A stretch of DNA of 64,000 nucleotides from the NCBI GenBank assembly GCA_003990765.1, contig RBNJ01000009.1:1-64000 (forward strand), in the 5' to 3' direction. A model generated the notes under the pieces. It was given only the letters and a program-made list of their open reading frames with translations. It was not told where the DNA came from and made no database searches. Source of the stretch: Jimgerdemannia flammicorona (taxonomy: Eukaryota). Position 1 is the first letter of the stretch. Each line of letters opens with the position of its first letter. Both the position numbers and the translations under genes were made by a program. This document shows, in pieces, positions 24,925 to 35,134 of the stretch.

Positions 24925-25770
24925 TATAGTTATTTTGTATTTACTACTTAGTTATATTATATTATATTATATTATATTACATTCTTATATATTATCTCAT
25001 TGAGTAGAAGTATTAAAATGTCTAAAGTCTATCACAATTATATTAAGTTATATTATTTTACACTTATCTGTTTGAAAGTAATAGCTATATATTTATGATC
25101 TTTTTTAGATTATTTCTGAGAATGTATTTAATTATACTAAATAATAATATGATATATCAATCTAGTATTATCTAAAAACTATAGTAGAAGATATTAAGTT
25201 CTGTAATTACCAAATATAGTTTTATTGGAAATAAGATAATATGACTATTAAATAATACTATATAATGTAATGTTGTGGATGCTTACTCTTGAAAGTACAT
25301 CGGATTTCTGTATCTTGAATACTTGATCTTCTCTGACTCCTCAGAGTCCTTGGGATGCAGGGGTGGGTGAGTTCGAAGTGTATCTGCCTGCAGGCTTACT
25401 AGTTCCTTTGTTTTCTCTTTACTTTGAACTATTTCGATCTGAGGTTTATTCACTTGAAGATACTGGGTTATTTATACAAGTTTGCTAGCTATAAGGTGGC
25501 TAAGTAGTGAGTCATTCTGCAAGTATCGGATCTTTCAACATCTGCTAGGATTTTGCTGATTGCAAACATTCTAACATCTCCTAAATCTTTGCAAACGTTA
25601 AAGTTTCGGCACTTTGCAGAATATTACTGCTATTTATGTGGCTAAACTATATTGGGAATCGGATTCAGGTACCGTGATCAAATGTCTAATTCTCCTGTTT
25701 CATGTTACTAATTCGGATCAACTGTCACATCTTCCTCCTGAATAGGTGATTCATCCTTGGAGCATCCTAT

Positions 25771-26232
25771 TCACTTGAACTCCCAGGCTTCTACGATTTG
25801 TATCTCCTTGTACTGTGCAATTTGTGCTATTATGTTCTTCCAGTGTTGCCTCTTGACATATCCAAACTCTCCTGGGGTTACTTCTCGGAAGTGGGCTAAG
25901 GCTGCTTCGTCATCCTTGAATAACTTATGTACTCTTTTTGCAATCGTAATTTGAATGTAAGAGAGCTGACATTCCTTGATCCAGTCTTCTTTTCCCATCT
26001 TTGGCCTTGAATTCAGTAGCTGTCCCAACTTGAAGTATTCCTGAAACTCAGTTCAGTTCTGGTAGGCCTTGAAATGTGAGATTCGTGATAAGTGCATCTG
26101 CACTATACTCTGGATGCTGTCGAAGGATTCCTCTATCATTGGTGGCTCAGTGGAACACCACTGTCTTTCTATAGCTCGCTAGGCTGTGCTAGTGATCTTG
26201 AGGGCAGCAGCATTACTTCATTGACTGGTCAT
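25771..26232 (-). pseudogene. Extra ORF3 of the Gypsy element, 153 aa, unknown function
   Basis: 462 nt here and 462 nt in copy 2 (50675-51136), with conserved translation. Internal stops are explained by C>T/G>A changes. Confidence 0.7.
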
Positions 26233-27415
26233 GATACTTCTTGATTCGGTTTCAGTGAATGGTAGTAGAGATGATTGTACCTGAGAGTTTTCGTAGCCAA
26301 AAGGTGGTCCCTTTTATATCTTGCACAAGGTAAGGTCCTTCCCACTTAGGCTCCAGCTTTCGTGACCATGAAGCTTCTACCATATTCCAATACACCAGGA
26401 CTTTGTCTCCTATCTTGATAATCTCCAGGGACTTGTGAGTCTTTTCTGCAATATTCTGTTGTAATGTCTGTGCCTTGTTTATGTAATCCTCAGCCTTCTT
26501 CCTTATTTGGTGCAATTTCCGTATCTCTGTGTCCACTCATTTCCATACAGCATCTCCATTGGACGATAGGGTTCCTTGAGAACTTTCTTCTCCAAACAGC
26601 ATTTCTCGAGGGGTGAAGTGGGTACTTTGTGATCTGATATCCCAGAGAGCAGATAATGCTATTGGCAGATAGTGATACCAGTTTTCATAGTTATCACAGA
26701 TCTTGGCAATAACATTCTTGAGGGTCTTGTTGGTCCTTTCTGCTTGTCCATTTCCTTGAGGGTGATAGGCTGTAGTCCAAATGTGCTGGATCTTGTATTT
26801 CTTGTAGAGAACCTCAAAGAACTGGTTCACGAATTCTGTTCCTCTGTCTGTAGTTACTTACATTGGGGTCTTGAACCGGCAGATGATTTCTTTGTAGAAG
26901 AAATCGGCAATTGACTGTGCATTGGCTTCCTTGAGGGGTCCTGCTTCTATCCACTTCGTAAAGAGGTCTACGATGACAATGATATATCGGTTGCTGGTCA
27001 AGGTCAGGGGTAGGGGGCCGATTACATCCATTGCTATGTGGGCAAATGGTATCGGTTCTATATGTGCTGATCCCGGGGCTTGGTTCCATTGGTCTTGTTT
27101 TTGTTTCTGGCATTTGTCACACGTTTTGACAAATTGTCTGATATCTTCCTCCATTCCTGGCCTCCATATTATTCTTCTCGCTTTATCGTATGTATTGGTT
27201 CCTCCTAGATGGCCGAGTTCATGTACTGATTTCATTGCTTGCTCCTTCTTGTATTCTGGTATGACTAGTAGTTTTCCTTTCCTCAGTGTTTCTCCATCGG
27301 TTTCAAATTGTTTCCATGTCCGGTTGATAATCATTTGTATCCATTCTTCCAGATGTTGGGGCATCTTTCGCTATCCCAGATATGTGATGATTCCGTAGTA
27401 GAGCTCCTTATTCAT
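26213..27415 (-). pseudogene. Gypsy integrase as a separate ORF (HHCC, DDE, GPY/F; no chromodomain)
   Basis: HELGH...CDKC, IAMDVIGP, TDRGTEF, GQAERTN, WEGPY. Own ATG at 27415 in a different frame from RT/RH. Confidence 0.9.
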
Positions 27416-30400
27416 AATTGATTTGTTGGTTGGGGGTGTTTCAGGGTGTCCGTGAGAGAGCATCTGCATTGGAATTTGTTCTTCCAGGGCAGTGTACAAT
27501 GGTTACATCATAGGCTTGTAACTTCATTATCCATCTGGCATAGATTCCTTTGGGTTGTCCAGTTGTCAGTAGCCAGATGAGAGCTGAGTGGTCTGTCTGA
27601 ATGGTGAAGTGTCTTCTGGCCAGATAGTAGTGGAACTTTTCCACAGCCCAGATGACTGTGAGACATTCCAACTTGTAGGATTTGTATTCTTTTTCAGCTC
27701 CTCGGGTTCCGCAACTAAGATATGCAATGACATACTCCTTTTTGTCTTTCTTTTGAGCTAGGACTGCTCCTAGTCCCTGTGCACTTGCATCAGTCTGTAG
27801 GATGAATTCTTGAGTCCAATTGGGTCGTCTGAGGATGGGTGCCTGGGTCAGTCTGACCTTGAGTTCGTCAAATGCTTTTTGTTGTCTGCCAGTCCACTGG
27901 AACTTGATGTCCTTCTTGTTGAGTTCGTAGATTGGACCTGCGATGTTGGAAAATCCTCTGATAAATCTACAATAGTAGGATGCAAGTCCCATGAAGGCTT
28001 GGGCTTCCATCACAGTGGTGGGCCTTGGGTATGCCGCTACTGCTTGTATCTTGAGGGGGTCTGTGTGTGTTCCATCTCGATTGATAATGTGGCCAAGGTA
28101 GGAGATTTCGATTTCTGCAAACTTGCATTTCTTGGGCTTGATGTACAGGCCATGCTTTCTCAGACTTTCCATTATCTGCTGTATGTACTGTAGATGTTCC
28201 TCAGGTGTCTTGCTGTAGATGATTACATCGTCCACATAAACCATCATCCATCTTCCCATGTTATGGCGGAAGATTTTGTTCATCATTTGCTGGAAGCTTG
28301 CTGGTGCATTGCACATCCCAAATGGCATTCGCAGGTAGATGTAGGTTCTATCTGGGGTTATGAAGGCTGACTTTTCACTTGCCATTTCTGTGAGTCCGAT
28401 TTGGTGGAATCCTGAGTATAAGTCCAATGTGCTGTAGTACTGTGCTTCATCTCCCAGTGTTATAAGGATGTCGCTGATGAGGGGCAGTGGTTGGCGATCC
28501 TTCTTGGTAACTGTGTTAAGCTTTCTGTAGTTGACACAGAGTCTTGGGGCAAATTCTCCAGGCTTGCTTCCTTTTTTCGGGGCTAGTACAACTGGTGAAG
28601 ACCAAGGGCTACTGGCTTCTTTGATAATACCAGCTTCTTCCATCTGCTTGATTTCTTCTCTGAGCCATTCCCGGTAGGCTGGCGGGACAGGTCTTGCTTT
28701 TTGGTAAATTGGTTCAGTGTCTCCAGTATCTACCTCATGATAGTACTGTGGTGTTTTTCCTTTGATATCCTTGAAGTCTGTGGCAAGGACATCCTTGAAT
28801 TCATGGAGTATTTCCTTGAGTTCCTCCTTGAGTGGGAATTCGTTTCCAATGGTGTAGCCATGCTTGTTTGTGGTTTCCTCCTTCTTATGCTCCAGTTCAG
28901 TGATCTTGGTACTGGCGAATACTCCTTTTCCTGTGGATCCGAATCCTTTCTTTCCTCTTTTTGTTTCCTCCAACTTCTTGACTTCTATGATCTTTGGTTG
29001 TCGGACTGGGAAGATCAACATCTGTGCCAGTCGGTCCTTCTTCTTGATTGGGAATGGAATAGTAGGATTGTGATTCCTAGCAATGAGTAGTATTTCTCCA
29101 ATATAGTCTGAATCAATGACTCCTCCTTCAATCGTAATTTCACTTCTTGCTAAACTGCTTCTTGTCTTGAGGATCCTGACATGATCCTTTGGGATGGTCA
29201 TCTCCAGGCCGGTTGCAAGTAGAGTAGTTGTCTGGGGTTCAAGTACAGTTTTCTCCACTGTGGCGATATCCATTCCAGCTGCATTTTCCGATTTGTATTC
29301 TGGCAGGACTGCATCAGGGTGAATCTTCCAGATTTTGACCTTGATTTCTTCTTCATCATCACTGTCTTCCAGGAGGGCTGGTGGTTCGTCATCTTCCTCC
29401 TCCTCCTCTTTGGCTTGCTCCTTGAGAGTCTTTTCTCTTCTTTGGTGGTAGATTTCCTTGATTTTGCTGGTGCACTGGTAGCACTCATTGACATGCTCCA
29501 TACAGTACATTCGAATCCCATGTGGACAGACTCCTTGTGGTGCATATCCTTCTGCGATCTTCTTGCACCATTCTTCTTCACTCATCCATCCGACTTTCTT
29601 CTTCTTTTTCTGTGTGGTCACCATGTAAGCTTCTACTTACTCATCTTCCTCTATCTCGGCGAGCACTCCTTTGTTGACATTGATGGGAATTCGCATCTTC
29701 TGACCTCAGTAGATAATCTGCATCTTCTGAGCATTCAGGTTGATTATTGCTCTGGCTTTGTGAAGCCACTGGTTGCCAATAAGAATGTCATAGTTGGTTG
29801 CATTGGTTACTATCACATCCACTGGAATAGTTGCTCCTCCAAACTTGATGGGAATATCTCTGATTTTTCCCAAAGGGGTGGCTCTTATACTGTCTGCTGT
29901 GACAAACACCAACTTGGTTGCTTCTTTGACCTCCCATCCCAGGTGGTCTACTGCCTTCTTGCTGAGGAGGCATCCTCCTGCTCCTGTATCTATGATGGCT
30001 TCAAAGATTCTGTCTTTGATTTGGCAGGTTGCATAGGCGGAAGTCTTGCAGTTGTCTTCACTTTCTTCTCCAGAATCTTCTTGAACATTGTTGGCTTCAG
30101 TTATCTTCCAACCCTGCTCCTTGGTTGTTTCGGCAAGTCCAAATCTCATTTCCTGTCTAAACATAGGAATTTCTGTGAGCTGGCTGAAGGTTGCATTGAC
30201 TTTTTGTTGGCTGAGATCCTTGAAGATATCATACTTGAAGGTCTTGGTTTTGCAAAGCTTCTTCTCCTTTTCTCCTTCGCTAGCTGGAGTAGTTCCTTGG
30301 ATGATATCTTGAACTGCTTGTTCAAGCTCTATATCTTGATCCATTTCTTCAGCTTGGCTTTCCATGGCCATTTCCATCTGTTTTTCCACCAGGTTTTTCT

Positions 30401-31391
30401 TGGGTCTTCCTGGTGGTCTCTTGTAGGGTTCCTTGCGAACATCCTTCTTGGTAGTCTGTGCAGGGTAGGCCTCCTATTCTTCGTCTGACTCTCCAATTTC
30501 CTTGAAGGTGATGATGTTGGCCTGTTCCTTGTTTTTAGTAGCATTTCTCAGCTGGGCCTTGCGCTTAGTTTCACTCATACATTCATATGAGTAGTGGCCT
30601 TCTTCTCCACAGCTATAGTAGGTACCTTTCTTCTTGTCTGAGGTAGTGGCAAACTTCTGAATCAGGCGGTGATCTCTTCCTCTAATTTCTTTTACTACAT
30701 CCCCTAGGTGAGCAGTCATTTCAGCGAACTGCTTGGCAAGCTCCTCCATGGGGTCGCTGTTTCTCTGCTGCTCTGTAGCTCTCATTTGGGGTGTGTTTCG
30801 ATTGATCATTGTGGTGGGGATCACACTGGTTGCCTTGGGTGCTTCGATTCTAACTCCAGTGACTCTTTCCATTGTGTGGTCTTGTGGATGTCTGGCTATC
30901 CAATACCGTTGAGCATAGGTGACCTTCTGTGGCAGATCCAGAATTACTGGTGATGAGCAAATAGCCATAGCTATCTCTGGGTGGACTCCTTTCATGAAGC
31001 TTGCTTCAGCTACTTGATCTCGGATAGCATCAGCATAATCTGCAAGGATTATCTGATATCGGATTCGGGTGTAGAATGTGTTTGGATCCTCGCTCATTTC
31101 TTGGCATATTGTATTGAGCTAATCCTTCAGGGCTTGCTTAATCTCCTCTTTATAGTAGGTATTTTGAAGCCAGGTCTTCTGTGCTGTCAGTATGGCATCA
31201 GCATCATTTCCTGCATGGGTTGCAGCTGTGAATGCTGCTCTAGCAGGACCTCATAGGCTGAAGGGCATGAGGGCTACTTGCTGTGCTGCTGTCAGGGTTC
31301 TTACAGCGGCGTACTGCTCGAAATCATTGATGAAAGTGATGATTGATTCATCTGAGGTATATCCATGGAATACTGGTGGTCTCATATCCAT
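27408..31391 (-). pseudogene. Gag-protease-dUTPase-RT-RNase H polyprotein (single frame, scattered stops)
   Basis: MDMRPPVFHG start, Zn knuckle CGEEGHYSYEC, protease IDTGA, dUTPase motifs, RT MPFGM and YVDD, RNase H TDAS and ADALSR. All fragments are in one frame. Confidence 0.92.
28929..29345 (-). CDS. Trimeric-type dUTPase domain within the Gypsy polyprotein
   Basis: Five motifs in order: AGMD, RSSLA, GVIDSDYIGEI, DRLAQ, RGKKGFGSTG. Confidence 0.95.
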
Positions 31392-31973
31392 TTTGTCTTG
31401 GTTTCTTGCCTCAGTTTGTATGGTTGTTCAGGTGGTGGTGGTTGTTCATTGTTCAGCTTAAAAGTGAGGGATTCATCTTGAATCACCAGCCAATGGGCAC
31501 CAAGTTGTAACGTAGCAGATGCTTACTCTTGAAAGTACGTTGGATTTCTGTATCTTGAATACTTGATCTTCTCTGACTCCTCAGAGTCCTTGGGATGCAG
31601 GGGTGGGTGAGTTTGAAGTGTATCTGCCTGCAGACTTACTAGTTCCTTTACTTTCTCTTTGCTTTGAAATATTTCGATCTGAGGTTTATTCACCTGAAGA
31701 TACTGGGTTATTTATACAAGTTTGCTAGCTATAAGGTAGCTAAGTAGTGAGTCATTCTGCAAGTATCGGATCTTTCAACATCTGCTAGGATTTCACTGAT
31801 TGCAAACATTCTAACATCTCCTAAATCTTTGCAAACGTTAAAGTTTCTGCACTTTGCAGAATATGACTGCTATTTATATGGCTAAACTATATTGGGAATC
31901 GGATTCAGGTACCATGATCAAATGTCTAATTCCCCTGTTTCATGTTACTAATTCAGATCAACCATCACAATAA

Positions 31974-33660
31974 ATATCTTATCTGAATTATTAAGAATCT
32001 CAATATTTATAAATAATATTATTACTATTTAGAATCTTATTTCTATTATTTTAGAACTTTATAAAAACCATCTGAATTAGTATATATATCTATAATATAT
32101 AAGTTCTATTTGTTAACAGCTTACTACTTTACTCTAATTCTCTCCTCAAAATAATATATCTTTAAGACTATTAAGAATCTTACTATTATTTAAATACTAT
32201 TGAGTATTTAAACTCTTAAATAAAAGACCTGAAATACTTTATTAATAATTTTAATACTATGAAACATTATCTCAATATAACTAAGATATATTTTATCTAT
32301 TAGTAAATAAAAAAATCTGTCACTATTTCTATAATAAAGTCAATAATGATAAATAGAGAAAACTCATAAGTAAGCTTCTGATTACTCAGAACTAAATCAA
32401 AAAGACTCTCTATATCTATTAGAATATTCTATTATATATGCAAAAATATTACTTATCTTAATAAAGTTATTCTTTAAGATATCATCTATCTCTTTAAAAA
32501 GAATATAATTAACTTAAATCAGAGATAGTCAACTATATTAAAAATAATCAAGTTGCTATAAAAACTAATGATACTAAAATTACTCTATCAGAATACCATT
32601 TTTTCTCTCTCCAAAACAACCAATAATACTCTCTTATGAATATTATAGAAATCTTGAAGAGACTACTATATATAGTGGAAATACTTCAAGATATTACTCA
32701 AGCTATATATTATCTAGTAAACTACTCTAGCTGTTATATTACTTAAAAATCCAACCAATATATAAGTATCTGAGACTCTGAAACTAAAAGAAGATACTCT
32801 TCTAAAAGAAGTTCCAAGAAATATTTTTATTATAAGGCTCTTAAAAATAATTATAAATCTGAACTAAAAGAAGATATTTTTATCTCCAGACTTAGAATAT
32901 ATGGGTTATCTATTTATCTTTAGATCTTCTTTAGTTTAGAATATATTAAAAAAGATAATTATTCAAAGTATTATCTATAGATTACTTGACTAATCCTATT
33001 ATATTTAAAGAAGCTCAAAAATATATTTCATATCTCTAATATCTATTTCTAATAATGAAAATAATTAAGATCTAATATAATATAATTTTCTCTTTATCTA
33101 CTTATATAGTCATTCTTATAGTTTATCTCTTATTCACCTTATTTCTATATTATAGATACTTATAATATATTTATTACAGATTTCTACTTCTGTAAGCTAT
33201 TCTGAAATCTAATTTATATTTATATGAATAATAATATTCTAAGATATAATAAGATAGCTATAGTATTTGTAAGATAAATTATTATAGTATCTATATTAAT
33301 GAAATTTCTAACAAGAAATCTGAGATCTGAAATCCTCTGTTATATTCTAACTATATTAATACTTATTCTATATTATTCTTATAGTTAACCAACTTAATCT
33401 AATAATTTAATTGAAAAAACCTCAGTTAGTCTATTAATAAAATAAAGTAAAAAAAAACTTAAAATATATCTTCTGTCTCTAAGAGATCAGAATTTTAAAG
33501 AATAATAATACTTTTAGTAATAAAGCTTGAAGTGAAAGTTGATGAATTTCTCTTACTATCTAGAACTTACTATTTAGAATTAAAACTAAGAAAATAACTA
33601 AAGATATATCAGTTTAGTAAAAAACTTAAAGAAACTTTAAACAACTATCAGAAAGAGTAT
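31974..33660. repeat. Highly degenerate AT-rich repeat, probably the host site of Gypsy copy 1
   Basis: CpG-depleted, TA-rich, no readable ORF; unclassified. Confidence 0.35.
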
Positions 33661-34163
33661 AGTATGATAGTTGATCTAAATTAGTAATATAAATTGGAGA
33701 AATAGACATTTGATCATATTATCTAAATCTGATTTCTTAATTTATTATAGTGTAGAAATTGTCTTTACTATAGACATTACATCTAAAACATTATTAGTAA
33801 AACTGTTGTTACTTTTACAAATATTGAGATTTAACAATTATCAAGATTTAATAGATATCAAGGATTAATACTTATAAAAAGTGACTTATAGAAAACATAG
33901 TAATAACTTAGTCTTATATTTAGTAGTAGAATTATTATATAAATCTATATAAATATCCCTAGTATCTAGAGTGAATAAATCTCAGATCAAAGAGTTTAAG
34001 CCTCACCCTAGTAGTCTGATAATGAGATCAGACAGATACTACTTATAACTCTGAGAAGTCAAGAAGAGTTATAGAAATCTGCTACATTTTCCTGGTTATA
34101 TACCTGCTATGTTACTTCAAGTAAAGACAAATTTCTCACTTTCAAACTAAATAACAAATAACT

Positions 34164-34570
34164 GATATGAACTGTTACTCATACTTAATGAGCCTGGAAG
34201 CTATTCTGTAATATACAATTTGCTGCTACCCAACTTTTGGAAGAAGCTGCTATCTGAATTTTGAAGATATGAACAGTTACTCATACTCAATGAGCCTAGA
34301 AGCTATTCTGCAATATACAATTTACTGCTCTCTGACTTTTGGAAGAATGTCACCTAACTTTTGAAGATACAAAGTCTGTAAAACACACTCAATAAGCCTA
34401 GAAGCACTCTGAACTCAAACCTATTATCCAATTTCTAGCAAGCTGTTATATGTTGAAAGTCCACATAGAAGGAACTGGTTCAGAGATATATACATCACTC
34501 TCTGATAAGCTATTTACTATCAAAACTATACTTAATGAGTCTGGAAGCTATCTCATGATATACAGTTTAT
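34164..34570 (+). repeat. ~100-102-bp imperfect tandem repeats
   Basis: CATACTYAATGAGCCTRGAAGCTAT recurs at ~34179, 34283, 34385 and 34527. Confidence 0.8.
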
Positions 34571-35134
34571 CCATTTTCCACACCCTGAACTCAAACTCAT
34601 TGTCTTATTTCCTATGAGCCATTACACATTAAAAGTTTGCATAGGAGAAACAAACATATGCCAAAGTACTCAAAACTATATATTTTTGAGTTTAAATAAG
34701 ATATCTCAAGGACAAGATAGGAGGAAGTTGTGATAGTTGATATAAATTAGTAATATAAATCAGAGGAATAGACATTTGATCAGTATCTGAATCTGATTTC
34801 CTGATTTATTATAGTATAGAAATTACCTTTACTGCAGACATTATATATAATATATTATTAGTAAAACTATTATTACTTTTACAAATATCAAGATTTAACA
34901 ATTATCAAGATTTAATAGATATCAAGGATTAATACTTGTAAAAAATAATTCACAGGAAATATAGTCATAACTTAGCCTCATATTTAGTAGCAGAATTAGT
35001 ATATAAATCTACATAAATATTCTCAGTATCTAAAGTAAATAAACCTCAGGTCAAAAGAGTTTGAGCCTTACTCTAATAGTTTGATAATAAGATCAGACAG
35101 ATACTACTTATGATTCTGAGGAGTTAAGAAGAGT

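Larger units (their letters stand above)
25266..31969 (-). mobile_element. Full-length Ty3/Gypsy LTR retrotransposon with dUTPase (copy 1)
   Basis: 464-bp LTRs at 25266-25729 and 31506-31969 (about 24 mismatches by eye), TG..CA ends, TSD ATAA. PBS-like TGGTGCCCATTGGC next to the 5' LTR and PPT AGGAGGAAGA. Domain order PR-RT-RH-IN. Confidence 0.97.

Noticed and set aside
25771-26232. ORF3 as env or chromodomain
   Set aside because: No signal peptide, transmembrane segment or chromodomain motif visible.
29319-30488. 389-aa plus-strand ORF
   Set aside because: Antisense shadow of the Gypsy polyprotein; Phe/Leu-biased with no domain, and broken in the other copies.
31485-31503. Assigning a specific primer tRNA to the PBS
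   Set aside because: The TGG start fits a tRNA CCA end, but CpG decay and the unknown host tRNA set prevent assignment.
34164-34570. CRISPR-like array
   Set aside because: Units are degenerate tandem repeats without unique spacers, no cas genes, eukaryotic context.
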